Positions 1 through 15,100 of a DNA stretch of 64,000 nt are shown here, piece after piece. The notes under the pieces were generated by a model. It searched no databases. It saw nothing but the letters and a program-made list of their open reading frames with translations, and was not told the DNA's origin. This DNA comes from the human T2T-CHM13v2.0 reference genome, Homo sapiens: the NCBI RefSeq assembly GCF_009914755.1, contig NC_060929.1; one strand, 5' to 3'. The position numbers and the translations under genes were made by a program. Each line of letters starts with the position of its first letter. Position 1 is the first letter of the stretch.

Positions 1-132
1 AGGTTAAAAATATTAGATCAACTACAGTATAATGACAAGTTCAAAGAATGTTCTAATCCAATTGACAAAAGGAATATAAATAGATCTTAGATGGCATTCA
101 CCCAAGAATTTTTTTTTTAAAGAAGAAAACGG

Positions 133-133
<1 letters not shown>

Positions 134-166
<33 letters not shown>

Positions 167-167
167 A
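134..167. repeat. (CAA)n microsatellite
   Basis: Seen directly. Confidence 0.95.
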
Positions 168-2529
168 CCTCTGTCCAGGCATGATGGCTCACACCTGCAA
201 TCTCAGCACTTTGGGAGGCAGAGGTGGGCAGATCACCTGAGGTCAGGAGTTTGAAAAACCAGCCTGGCTATCATGGTGAAACCCTACTAAAACTACAAAA
301 ATTAGCCAGACATGGTGGTGCATGCCTATAATCCCAGCTACTCGGGAGGCTCAGGCAGGAAAATCACTTGAACCCCGGAGGTGGAGGTTGCAGTGAGCTG
401 AGGTCGCGCCACTGCACTCCAGCGTGGGCAACAGAATGAGACTTTGTCTCAAAAATATATATAAATATAAATATTAAAAAATTTTTTTAAAAAACCTCAA
501 GGGTGGAACTGAGAAAATTTTAGACAAAGTAGGTACAAATGGCTTCTGCCAGAGATTTTTAGAAAATTAACATGACTTCCAGCTATTGAAACTGATGACC
601 TTGACAACTCTAGCTTGGTGAGTCTATTATCTACACCTGAAATGGTGGTGAAATGTATACAGTACGATATTAATGCACAAAGCTTGCTACAGAAAAAGAG
701 CAAATTGTTTTTATATGAGAAAAATCATATACCTCACTATCTTGATATCTTTCTTCCATGGAAATACAGCAAACATGCTTGAAAAACAAAATTACCGTAA
801 CTTCATATTTAGAATATGAAATTACTTGAAACAACAAAAAAGTATATACATTAACAACTGTATATGACAAGATATTAAAATTATGATTCCCCAAGATTAT
901 AGCACACGAGATGTGTGCTATAATCTGTTCTAACTTAAGCTTCACAAATGATTTAGAATATTAAATATACAGTGAAATTTCCAAATTTGCAAGTGATACT
1001 GACCTCTCTAAATAATATAAAGCCAAGTTGATGAGAACAATCTATAAGAATATATTTCAAAGCCATATGATTGGGGAACAAAATAGCAGATAAATTTCAT
1101 GATTTACTGTTAAGGTGTATATCTTAATAATTCCCAAATTATGCTTATAAGATAATGTTCTCTGTTTATCTTTTGAGATGCAAGAAACAAATTTGTTTGT
1201 TTGTTTTTAGAGACAGCGTCTTGCTATGTTGCCCAGGCTAGTCTCGAACTCCTAGGCTCCCAAAGCACCAGGATTACAGGCATGAGTCACCACAGCTGGC
1301 CCAAGAAATAAATCTTTACTGACACTACATGTCACCAGAAATAAGAGATATTGTAAAAAACAAAACAAAAAACTAAGCACAAACAAAAAAATCATTCTTG
1401 TCTTAGATTTGATTACTGTTGTGCATAGCTCTGAAGTGCTTCCTATAATTCTGCCTACCATACTTAAATACAACATCATGGAGAAAGAACCCTACCAACA
1501 TTAGAAGAAATCTTCCAGTTTCTACTAAACCCTTATCTTTGCTCAGAATGGCATAAAATTAATGTATCAAATGTCAACTGTTTCAAATAAGAACGTTGTT
1601 AATTCTGTTTCTGGGAAGAGAAAATATACAGCATTTAACAGTGGGTAGAAGCAGATGTAAGTGAGGTCTTGGAAAAAGGGATAAAAAGAAGAAAATTATA
1701 TTATGAAAACAGAAATCATAACATAACACAGGCTGGGCATGGTGGCTCACCCTGTAATCCCAGCACTTTGGGAAGCCAAGATGGGTGGATCACTTGAGGC
1801 CAGGAGTTCGAGACAAGCCTGGCTAACATGGTGAAACCCCATCTCTACTAAAAATACAAAAATTAGATGGGCATGGTGGTGTGCACCTGTAGTCTCAGCT
1901 ACTCGGGAGGCTGAGGTGGGAGAACTGCTTGAACCCAGGCGTCAGAGGCTGCAGTGAGCCGAGATCGCGCCACTACACTCCATCTTGGGTAACGGAGCAA
2001 GACTCTGTCTTAAAAAATAAATAAATAACATAACAGAAAAACAAGGTAAGTGAACAAAGTCATAATTAAGCCTGGGTTGAAATACAAGATTAAAGAAGTC
2101 ACTACCAAACAGTGAAGACTGAGAGTGCCTGCCTGTGCTAGGACAGAACAGGGCTATAGGATCAGCTTTCTGCATCTCTCTCTTGAGTCTAGACATCTGG
2201 AATGTAGCTTGTTGCTATCAATTGCTAAAATGATACATTAAAAAACAACAACAACAACAACACTGAAAATGCCTAAGATTCTAAGAAGTCAGTTTCCAAG
2301 GTATCTAAAACTCTCAGCTCATATGGGTGGCTTTATTACCAGAAGGATTTAAAGAGGTTAAAAAAAAATAGAAAAAGCAGGTTTACGCAGTCTTAGTAGG
2401 TTTAAGAAAGTGGGCCAGATATGGTGGTTCACACTTATAATCCTGGCACTTTGAGAGGTCAAGGTGGGTGGATCATTTGAGCCCAGGATTCGACACCAGC
2501 CTGGGCAACATGGCAAAACCCCATCTCTA

Positions 2530-2742
<213 letters not shown>

Positions 2743-3667
2743 TTAAAGATGGTTAAAACATGTTCTGGGGGCCAGGCGTGGTGGCTCACACCTGTAATCC
2801 CAGCAGTTTGGGAGGCCGGGGCGGGCAGATCATCTGAGGTCGGGAGTTCCAGACCAGCCTGACCAACATGGAGAAACCCCATCTCTACTAAAAATACAAA
2901 ATTAGCCGGGTGTGATGGTGCATCCCTGTAATCCCAGCTAGTCGGGAGGCTGAGGCAGCAGAATTGCTTGAACCCAGGAAGCGGAGGTTGTGGTGAGCTG
3001 AGATTGCACCATTGCTCCAGCCTGGTCAACAAGAGCGAAAACTCCATCTCAAAAAAAAAAAAACTGTTCTGGAAAAACAAACCAATGATGGATAGCCCTA
3101 TAACAAGTTATTAAGATATTAGGTTGTCAATTTTTGGTTCTTAAAATCAGTAACAGGAATGTAAAGAACTCAGAGGAGACATTTAGAGAGATTAATATAA
3201 TGAACCAAACAAATATTTGGTAGAAAATAGATTACTTCCACTGCTTTTCTAGAGCAGTGAGAGAATGGTCTCAACAAATCAGTATCATTACTAAGTTCCA
3301 GGACAGGATGCCTCATACCCCATTAGCAAGGCAGTCTTTTATGCTGTTAGTAAAAAGACTCTCCTTTTTCCTATTGAATTACCTCAGTTATTTCCTGCAT
3401 TATCTGCCTAATCTATGGGCTCATCCTGATTTGCTTAAAAGGTCTGAGGTTTTACACATGGATTATTTGCTACTCTGGCAAACCAAGTGTTTTGATCTCT
3501 ACTGAAATTTTTCCTTCTCCTATTTAATGTTCTCACTTTCCCTCTTCTTTTTTTCTTAACATTGTTGTTCCAAATTCTTAAGACTAACAGAAAGAACACT
3601 TCAAACTTGAGGTAAAATTTTCTTGCAGCTATTTAAAAAATAGTAATCTACAATAAAACTAACTCAC

Positions 3668-3847
3668 CAACTGGATGAGTGATGGGATTCTGTAGGCTGG
3701 GAATTACCACAGAGTACGTAGGTGAGCGGTAAGGATAAACTGTTGTAGGATTTGTAGAGATGATATTCTGTGTGGTACCAGAAAATACATTGGAAACACT
3801 TAGAGGGAATCGTTTTCGCTTCCCTGGACGAGGCTGATAAACCCAAC
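3668..3847 (-). CDS. SOX30: SOX30 exon 3 (180 nt), end of HMG box with basic tail
   Basis: Acceptor ctatag|GTTGGG at 3847, donor GTTG|GTGAGT at 3668. Translates GWVYQPRPGKRKRFPLSVSNV...PITHPV, in frame with exon 2. The gene continues left of the window. Confidence 0.95.
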
Positions 3848-4039
3848 CTATAGAAGACAAAATATGTTTAAATGTGTAGACTCCATTTAGCCTTTAAATA
3901 ATTTTTTTCATACTAAAATGCAAAGCACTTTAAAGTGTTTTAAAAACAAATTATTGTCTAAAGTATCTTTTCCAGCTCCGGGATATTATTTCAGTGAATG
4001 ACTTCTCCACTGTGTATTTTAACATACATATCCAAATAG

Positions 4040-4256
<217 letters not shown>

Positions 4257-4585
4257 TAATTTTTTGTATTTTTAGTAGAGACGGGGTTTCTCCGTGTTGG
4301 CCAGACTGGTCTTGAACTCCTGACCTCGTGATCCGCCCGTCTCGGCCTCCCAAAGGCTGGGATTACAGGCGAGAGCCACTGCGCCTGGCCAAGGGTCAAA
4401 TGTTTTATAACCAATGACACAGAATGAACCTGTAGTAGAGTCAACATCAAAACCGCTGTATTTGAATCCCAAAGCCTTTCCTCCACCTTATCAAATAATG
4501 CCTCACTATGACATTATTCATCTCATTTCCTCACTTTCTGTAAGTTACAATCATCTATATCTTACAATGCAATAGTCACTAATGA

Positions 4586-4795
<210 letters not shown>

Positions 4796-5673
4796 TAGCC
4801 AGGATGGTCTTGATCTCCTGACCTCGTGATCCACCCACCTTGGCCTCCCAAAGTGCTGGGATTACAGGTGTGAGCCACCGCGCCTGGCTGATCAGTCACT
4901 AATTTTGTGCCTAGTTCAAGAAGAGTCACTCTCCTAAACTCAGCAATCTCCAAGTCCACAAATAACTTAATTTCTTCCAAAGTCAGAACAGTGGAACTAT
5001 GGCATTTGCAGCCACTGTGTAATCAGAACAATCACTGGTTCACTGTAGTTGCTGCCTCTGACCTTCATTACTAGAACCTCTCTGCCAATATTTCAGAAAA
5101 TAATAAGTTTTGTCCCACCTTGCACAGACATGCTGGCCATGCACTGTGCATTTTCCAAGCTTAATCCCAATGTTCCCACTGCTAGGGAGAAATCGGACTC
5201 CTTTCACACTATATCATGACAGGGCTAAATCTATCAATCAGAAGGCAGGACTATGTTCTGACAATCATATGTTAAAATGGAATATGGTGACAATCCCTGC
5301 ATTCTCATTAAGCGTAGACTGCATTTTTTTTCTGTTGCTATCATTTTAACACTTCTATAGTTTACTTGCAAAATTATAGCCTAAAGCTTTCAAGATGTAC
5401 TTTCATTAAACTTACATCTATCTAAATCAAAACCACAATAAAACTGCGTGTCCTCTGATTTGTATGAGTTGGTGAATATGAAATCAGATATCCCTTTGCT
5501 TGGTTCTATTTAAGGAAACTCATGCCCAGTGTCATTTCAATCATTGTTATAATATTAGTCATTATTCTCTTTATTGTACATATCAGAAAAAAATTATATA
5601 TTTTTGTCTTTCAATCTCAACCTACCCTAATCTTTAACTAAATAAATTCATTTAAAAGAAGTAAGAGGCATTA

Positions 5674-5949
<276 letters not shown>

Positions 5950-6465
5950 CTAAATTAATGTGCCATACACACACACACACACAATTTTAAGGTAAAGTGC
6001 ACCTCCGTCTATACTTATTTTTGAAATATCTGGAGGAAATATACACTTCAATATAACCAAAAAAACCTGCCAGTATTCCACAATTCCTTACATCCCCTGA
6101 ACTCATCATTCTGAACTGTAGTTTAGAATGACTCCTTTTCCTCAAAGAGGATAATATTGTTGAAGATAACTGTGGCAATAATCATGTTGAAGAGAGTAAA
6201 TTGTTGGCTTATTACTTCTTTGATCTGTATTATTAGTACCTCTAACAATAATTAACATTTATTTATTTACTACTAAAAATATTCTACCATTAAGGAACAG
6301 GAACCATGCATGACTTACTCGTGACTATAATCTTAGCTAGGTAGAGGTTCTCTAAACATTCACAGGAACTCATCTACATGCTGCTCTTGTGTCCTTTCAA
6401 GCAAAACTATTTATAATATTGTAATACTATATTAGTTGTATTTCACTACGAAGGTGAAGCTCTTA

Positions 6466-6711
<246 letters not shown>

Positions 6712-8142
6712 CTAGGAGGCTGAGGCAGGAGAATCGCTTGAACCCAGGAGGTGGAGGTTGCAGCGAGCTGAGATCACGCCACGGTACTCCAGACTGGGCA
6801 ACAGAGTGAGACTCAGTCTCAAAAAAATAATTTTTTGAAAGTCACAGAAGGCAGGTAAAATGGCTCACACTTGCTTCTGACCTTCATTCCTAGAACCTCT
6901 CTGCCAATATTTCAGAAAAAAAATGACAGAAAATAATAAAAGTAATTTTTTTGAAAGTCAGAGAAGGCAGCCACAATGGCTCACACCTGTAACCTCAGTA
7001 CTTTGGGAGGCCAAGGCGGAGGACTGCTTCATCCCAGGAGTTCGAGACCAGCATCTCTTTTTCATAAAATAAAATTTAAAAAAAGAAAGTCACAGAGCCA
7101 GTTGAAATTTCAACAAAGGAAGTTATCTAAATTCACATCTCTCATGTATTTTATCAAAAATAACTGTCCATAAATTTATTATATTATTTTAGGATTACTT
7201 CATATATTAAAAATTTCTTAAAAACACTAAAGATGAAATAAGTAGTATAAAGAAAGCTTTCCCTTTCTTTCCTTTAGAAAACAAAAATAAAATCTAAAAA
7301 CTACTAAAGATAAAAGCAACAGGGTGGAGTGGAGAGGAAGAATCAACACAGAAAATTAAAAAAACAATAAAACATAAAGTTAATAAAAATATGAACCAAA
7401 GATTAATATGACTTTCCAAGATGTTCATTGGCAAAGTGTTCTGTGTGAACTAAATCTTAAAATAAGAATTTGCTAACTATATATCTGGAAATACTGAATA
7501 GAAATAAAAACATTATTTGTACTTGTTACTGCTGCAACTAGTCATTTCTTTAAAAATAATATTTATGGCTCATTCTACTGTATTCTTTTCAATATTTCTA
7601 TAAGTCATTACCTTTCAGAGGAATAAACCCTAAAATATTACATTGAATCACGTATTGTTTTCTGCTAGAATATTTATTATTCATTTTTAAAGATAGCCTC
7701 TATAATCGGTATAAACTTTCCTGTTTAATTATAATCACTTTTTTCATTCAACACCATTATTTCTTCTATTTCTTGATACATATAAAAGTACTGAGCTGTT
7801 ATACTACAATATTTTTAATCTTGATTATTTGTAGCATATAAACTGAGGGCTATGCGCTGTCTAGCAAGAATATTTCTATTTTTGTGTACAAAAATTAGTC
7901 CTATCTAAATACTGGGCCTTAAAATCGATTTTTTAAAAAATACTTGAGAATCTTGAAGGCATTCGTGTATTTTACTGCTATATGTACAAGTCGATCAGAA
8001 GTGATACCTGTGCAGACTCTGCCCTGAAAACAATCAGTTCCATTACTTTACTTTTGTAGTTTAGACTTGGGAACTGCTGACAAAACAGCTATGGGCAACA
8101 CAGACGCAGTTTTGAAAACCCGACTCCCCTGCTGTCTAATAC

Positions 8143-9109
8143 CTGCATCTGAGGGCAACACGGTGAGCGGGACATCTTTGGTTTCAATTTTTACAGAAGG
8201 CTCCAGTAGGGACTGCATTTTAGTAGGCACTGGTGTCAGGGGGACCTTGGTCAATCTTATCAGCTCTGAAGGCGGAGCTCCCTGAAACTGGATCCGGGCC
8301 CCAGGGGGGACCGTGTGGAGCGTCAAAGGGATCCTAAGGTCTTGCTGGTGCGGCCCAAAGGCACCGGACGTTGGGGCCAAGATGACCTCCGCGCTGCCAT
8401 GAACCAGGCCATTGGACGCGGGCTCCGCGCCGAGCCTGCAGTCCTCGAGGAGTCTCTCGGGTTCCTCCGTTTTGATCACACCTTCTCGGATGGCTGCCGG
8501 GCTTTTGCCTGCCCCGCCTTGCATCGAGTCTCTCATGACCTCCTCCGCCTCCAGCTTGCCCTTCTCGTCCCCTCGGAAGTAGCCGAGGGCCGGCCCGGGG
8601 CCTTCCAACTTGACCACCCTGGAGGCTCTAGGACCGGTTTCGACGGCCCCTCGAGGCCCCACTGACTGATCCAGGCTGGGCCCCAGCTTCTGCTTCTTGG
8701 CCTTGACATGCAGCGCCAGGGGCTGCACCGGGTGCAACTCGGGCCTGGAGGTGGCGCCGTCTGACGCTGTCGGCGGCTGCAGGAGCCGCAGGTCGGGCCT
8801 GAACTGCAACAGCCGCGCCTGCGCGGACGAGGCAGCGGCTTCCTCGTTCTGGGCCTGAGGCTGTGGTAGCAGCAACACCTGCTCTGGCTTCACCTGCAGC
8901 AGCCGCCGCACCGCGGGCTGTAAGCCGGACGCCACTGCCTCCCCGCACGACGAGGCCAAGGTCGCACTGGCTGCCGCGCTCAGTGTGGGAGACGACGGAG
9001 GGGGCTCCATGGCTGCTGCCCAAAAGGAGGTGCCCTCGACCGGCAGCGGGGGCGGAGCGGGACGCAACGGGCGCGGCTGAGGCGGCGGCTCGGGTCTGGC
9101 TCTCTCCAT
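8143..9109 (-). CDS. SOX30: SOX30 coding exon 1 (967 nt, Pro/Ala-rich N-terminus MERARPEPPP...VLPSDA)
   Basis: ORF 8048..9109 starts at ATG 9109. Donor GCAG|GTATTA at 8143/8142 leaves phase 1, which joins in frame to exon 2 (G+GC = Gly). The ORF tail IRQQGS... is intronic read-through. Confidence 0.96.
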
Positions 9110-9600
9110 GGGGGAGGGGGACGCCCCGGCCAGGATTGTGAGCTCAGCCGTTTGTTGGCGACCTTCCCCCTCCCCCTTTCGGTTAAGAGCCTTGCAAGGC
9201 CTTTGCTACCCAGAACCCTACGCGGTTCAAAACGCAGCTGTCTGTCTGGGCCTCACCCAATCACAACGACCGATACCCGTGGACGGCCAATCACAGGCGG
9301 GTTTTCCGGCTCTTCCTGGTCCCTACTCTCGCCTCGTGCTGAGTCCTCGAATCACCTGCCATGGTAGGAGCCGCCGCACTTGTTGCACATTTTCGTTCTG
9401 ACTCTCTTGTGGAGTTCTCTTACAGCCGTTGTCTTTAGTCATCCCTCCCCCACCCGGAGCTGCGACAATGGCGTTGCCCAGGAAACGTTGCGCTTCCAGG
9501 CCGCTGACATCCAGGGAATGAAGTCTTGCGTCACAAGGGGAGCGACGGCCTTGTGCACGCGCTCTGTGCGGCCTGAGTAATCTGTCGGCCCTGAGTACCA
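8280..9600. promoter_or_regulatory. SOX30 CpG island / main promoter
   Basis: High GC and CpG density. X-box GTTGCCCAGGAAAC 9473-9486, CRE half-site TGCGTCA 9527-9533, CCAAT 9257-9261 and 9287-9291, CHR-like TTTGAA (minus strand) 9226-9231. Confidence 0.8.
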
Positions 9601-9739
9601 CCAGGGCTTTTGAATCTTTGCCAAGGGAGAATGGGGAAGATTTTGCAACTTATCAATAACCTATTAGCTAATGTTGCTGGGGAGGATCTTCGACTTTGTG
9701 TGATTATTGTGCTAAAGTTTCAATTAATCACCAGGCCCT

Positions 9740-10504
9740 GTGGCCCTACTTCCAAAATACTATACATCCCAAATTCATCCACTGTTTTGTGTCTCTACCT
9801 GCCATTATCCTGTTCCAGGCTCCCAGCATCTTTCACTGGGATACTGCCGTAACCCTGTAAATAGTCTCCCTGCTTGTCACCCTTGCCCCACTACACTCCA
9901 GCTGCCAGTGATCTTTCGAAAACGCAAATCTAAGGTTGTCACACTTTTCCTAAACTTTCCATGGCTCCCCACTGATAATGTAATGAAAGTCTAAAATTCT
10001 TAGCAAAGCCTTAAAAATCCCCCAGTGGCTTGGGATCTAACCTCCTACTACTGCTACTATTAGATTGGTGCAAAAGTAATTGTGGTTTTTGCCATTAAAT
10101 AGTTATTGAGTCTTTGGGTTTCAGCCACATTGGCCCCATCATCATTCTCTTTCTACTGCAGGGTGTTTAAACATGCTCAGCATGCTACTCTTTCCTTTGT
10201 GTCTCCTTAATTCCTCCTGCACATTTTTCATATTGCAGCTCAACTGGGACTTCTTCAGAGAAGCTTTTACTGACTCTGAAAATCAGATAAAATCTTGGTC
10301 TACTTATACCTCTATCACTTGGTTTGCTTACCACAATTTGTAATTAGAATTTTCATGTGATGATTCCACTGCCTCTCCCACTTTAGACTATAAAGTCCTT
10401 GAAGGCAGAACAGTTTGTGTTTTGCCCATCACTGAATCCACAATGCAGACCATTGAGCCTGGCATATAGTACTCAATAAATACTTGTTGAATAAATAAAT
10501 GAAT
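9740..10504 (+). mobile_element. L2 LINE 3' fragment containing a MADE1 mariner fragment (~10060-10100); copy at ~48555-49640
   Basis: L2 3' end ...GGCATATAGTACTCAATAAATACTTGTTGAATAAATAAATGAAT. MADE1-type TTAGATTGGTGCAAAAGTAATTG. Confidence 0.7.
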
Positions 10505-10872
10505 AGCGACTGTGATAGGGTAATAATAAAATAGTAATAATCACTACCTGTGTTAAGGGCTTACTCTTATGCTAGACACTGTTCCAAATCCTTTCCATGT
10601 TTATGTTTCTCCTTTTAGTAGGATTGTGTTTATTTCCATTAAACATCACCAAGAAAAACAAAAAGAAATCCTGTATTAACATTTGCTGCATTTCTAAATG
10701 ACATTCTGGCCAAAAACTATAGTTTATCTTGACGTAGATGATTTTTGCAATCAAGACAAGTTATCACTCAAAGACCACTCCAATTTATTGTCCAATCCTC
10801 TGGTAACAAATGTGGTCAGTAGGAGTTCTTATACCTGGCAGATAGACAAGGGCAATGGTTTTCAAACTTTTA

Positions 10873-11212
<340 letters not shown>

Positions 11213-11569
11213 CTATTGAAGATCCCAAAAAAGCTTTTGTTCATGTGGATTTCATCTATCAATATTTACCATGTTGTAAATAAAAACAAATTTTAAAGAT
11301 AGCAACTCATTTAAAACGTCAACAATAAAACCATTCTGTGGTAACACATTTTCATAGGAAAAAATTATATTTTCCCCACCTTATGCTCACAAGAGAATGA
11401 AGTGAAAAGAGCAAATATTACATTAGGATTATTATGAAAATAGTTTTAACCTAGCTGACTCTGTAAGTGTCAGTCCCCATACCACACTTTGAGAACCACT
11501 GTACTAGGGTTTAAATGGGAGAGGCAACTGTATGCATGAGCAAAAGCTGATAAAAGAGGCAAATAAGTT

Positions 11570-12121
11570 GTCAGAGGTGTGTGAACCAGAGCACCTCCAT
11601 CTTGAGTAGGTGCTGGGTAAAATGAGGCTGAAACATACTGGGTCGCATTCCCAGACAGTTAAGGCATTCTAAGTCACAGGATGAGATAGGAGGCTGGCAC
11701 AAAGTACAGGTCATAAAAACCTTGCTGATAAAACGGGTTGCAATAAAGAAGCTGGCTAAAACCCACAAAAACCAAGATGGTGATGAGAATTACCTCTTGT
11801 CATCCTCACTACTACACTCACACTGGCAGCATGACAGCTTACAGATGCCACTGCAATGTCAGGAAGTTATCCTATATGGTCTAAAAAGGGGAGGCATGAA
11901 AAATCCACCCCTTGTTTAGCTTATCATCAAGAAATAACCATAAAAATGGGCAACCAGCAGCCCTTGGGGTTGCTCAGTCTATGGAGTAGCCATTATTTTA
12001 TTCCTTTACTTTCTTAATAAACTCGCTTTCACTTTACTTTATGGACTCGCTCTGAATTCTTCCTTGTGCGAGATCCAAGAACCCTCTTTTGGGGTCTGGA
12101 TCTGGACCCCTTTCCTGTAAC
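11570..12121 (+). mobile_element. MER41A 5' LTR (ERV1)
   Basis: Starts TGTCAGAGGTGTGTGAACCAGAGC, ends CCCCTTTCCTGTAAC. Lacks the tandem GAS segment of MER41B. Confidence 0.85.
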
Positions 12122-15100
12122 TTCTTTCTGGTGACCCAGGTGGGATTATAGTGTGTAAGCCCCCAGTAAGTGGTGAGGTCCTGTAACATCTTTCTGGCAA
12201 CTATGGAATGGACTGCAGTATGGAAACCCCGACCCAAAGGCTAACTTTGGGTAAGTGGTGGGGTCCGGTAACATCTTTCTGGTGAACCCTAAAGGGACGA
12301 TACTTAGGAGACTCCTGACTCAAAGGAAATAGACTATAGCACTGATTGGACAATTTTGGATAAGTGGTGGGGTACCCAGATAAAGAATGGGATTGGGTTA
12401 GAAGCCCAACTTAGGAGGGTTAGAGTCCCTTCTAAGATTTAGGGGGCTAGAAGCCCCTCTCGGTAAAGTCCCCTTTGGCTAAGAACAGGTTTGGCACTAC
12501 GGTATGTTAACTTCTATTCTCCTTGGAATAATCTGCCTTGTACTCTTTGCTGATGGATGCGGATGACAGGGTTAGGCAGGTACAGGATCATGGGACATGA
12601 GGAGCTTTTTCCTCCCGTAAAGGGGAAACTTGAGAGTCGATGGGACTGCTGGAAAACATCCCTTCACTACCGAGAAGTGGCCACCTGAACTCTTCACTGT
12701 CGCTGCAGTGGGTGGATCTTTCTGTGGCTTCCCTGAACGCCTGGCCTTCCCCACCTTGCCTCAGGCAATGCTGTCGTCTCTCTCTGTGCAAACTGGTTGT
12801 AGGAATGGTAAAAATCACTATTTCTTACAAAGTTTTGATTAATGGAAGAAAGGATTTGTGAGGCTAGTCTTAAGCTGTAGCCAATCTGGTGTGTTTCCTG
12901 TGTCATTCTGTATTGTTCTGTCATAAAGAGGGGTACCTTAGGATAGAACATGGGCTTAGGACACCTATAAGCCTGCTGTTCAAGATGGCCCAGCAAACTG
13001 GTCAGTTAAAAACTTTGCTGCAGGTCCGTGAAAAAAACTGGATGAGGTTTCCCTCTTGTCTTGTATGTCCTTGGGAGCTTGACCTTGTAACCATGTGGCT
13101 GTGCTTTCTCTTTCACAGTGGTGGCCCGGGTTCAGGGTTCAATTCCCATCTTAGGAGATGAGTCCTTTATCTTTTGTCTGTGTATTTATGTGTATCATGT
13201 GTGTGGTGCTTGTATATAACAGAGGTTTGATTAATCGGTTAAAAATAATAAGTGCTTCAGTCATATTTTTGTGAGAAAAATTAAACATATAATGCCTTTT
13301 ATATAGTTCATGTGACTTAAGTAATCTTTGGGAAATGAAGACAGTTTTAAAGATTATTGGTAAAATAAAAATATCTTAAAATGTAAACATTTGGTCTAAA
13401 TTATGCAGGTCAGATATTAGGTTTGCTAAATGCTTTAAGTTCATAAGCTGCTGCTTTCACTTTTGAAAATTGTTTAATTTACCTACTTTGACCATATTAG
13501 AGTCTAGATAAGGCCTGGGGACATGTGATGTTAGCCATACCCCAAGCAATGCTAGAAAAAGTCAGACCTTATCTGCACTTCTGTCTGTGTCCTAGGCTGC
13601 ACACCTAGTACATAATTAAAATGCTTACCAACCAGGGTTTTCACCAAAAGTAAAAATCGCTGAAAGTTAACATTGTAACATGTAATTGAGACTACTGAAG
13701 AATAGTTCTACACATAAGGTGTGTAAGGAAAGTGAAATGTGTTTTTGGTAAAAGATCATTAGAAGTCATGAGAATGTAAATTTTCTTCCTTAGATTAAAT
13801 GGTTAAATTATTGTTTTAAGTTAGATAGAATGAAGCTGAAGGTTTAAGAAAGTTTTGGAAAGTGTGAAAAATTAATTGTAGGACATTCTGTGTGTGAATA
13901 TATTAGTTAAAGTTAAAGGGGTATTCAGTTTTTCTATAAATTAAACATTGGAATAAAAGCACAAGTTTTTTTAGAGCAAAAACCTGCTATGATTTGCTCT
14001 TTAACAAAAATATGTAAAGGGTTATAAAAGGTTTGTGAGAATCTTACCTTATAGTCAAACTGATTAAGATTGAATACATTTGTCTATAAGGTTTTATAAA
14101 GAATTGGGTTTGTCATCAATAATGCACTAATGCAAGAGTCACATTTGGCTTATTTGGTACAAAAACCACACAGGAAGCATTATCAAATGTAAAATGGTGT
14201 TTGGATTTTTGGGGGCTGTAATTGTATAAATGTATTATTGGTATATATTGAAAATTATTTTTAAAAGTCTTATAATTCTGATATGACTTGGTGTATATTG
14301 TGAATAATTATAATTGTTACATAAAATCATTGTATACCACAGAAGGAAGCAAATTTCCTTATCAATTGAGACTTTAATAGTGGCTGTCCTAAGACTTTTT
14401 GTCATCCACACACAATTGTTGTCTTTTAATCCTCTTCAAAAGTTGGTTTATAATCAACTGTAGAACTCTAACAGGTGTTCTTAAATGCAGATTTCTGATA
14501 ACTTTGGAAATTGTGATATTAAAATAAAGGAAAACACTTTCAGAATACTCATGGAGAGCTGAAATGTTCAGGAATATCAAGCAGAACAGAAGTTAACTGC
14601 ATTGACTGAACTAATAGAAGACTAAAGTAATCATTTTAACTTTGCTTAAAATGCTGCTGATCCTTTGTTTTGTTTTTCAGAGTCAAGGAAACTTATCTTT
14701 TGAGCTATTTGCAGCTTGTAGCAATTGAGTAAAGTATATTGCTGTGAATAACATTTGAAGCATATTTAGTTCTCTCTACCTAATTTCTCCAGAATGTGGA
14801 AACTATTTGTGAGTATTCTTACATTATGGCAATATAGTTATTTGCATAAGTGCAATAAGAACCTCTTTTCTTTTGCAACAGGACACAATTGGAAACAGTG
14901 GTTATTTTACCAACGCTTTGACTGGAATGGCACGTTTTCCTTTAAGGAATCAAACTTGACTTGTAAAGCCAATAAAAGCCCCTTGGGGAATTGGCCTCAG
15001 ACCTTGTCTACAACAGCCCCTGTACAGGGTTTCTGACCTGTGGTAAGTAAAGAATGTCACTTTCTACAGGTCCAGGATCCCCAGGTTATCTTGGGACCCC

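Noticed and set aside
8067-9648. Overlapping alternative-frame and antisense ORFs over SOX30 exon 1 and promoter
   Set aside because: Expected from stop-codon scarcity in GC-rich DNA; no independent gene structure.
11850-11910. MER41 as an interferon-inducible STAT1 enhancer
   Set aside because: All three LTR copies lack the tandem GAS segment that defines MER41B.
12110-12380. Repeat-spacer pattern resembling a CRISPR array
   Set aside because: Degenerate units of unequal length in an ERV leader; human DNA, no cas genes.
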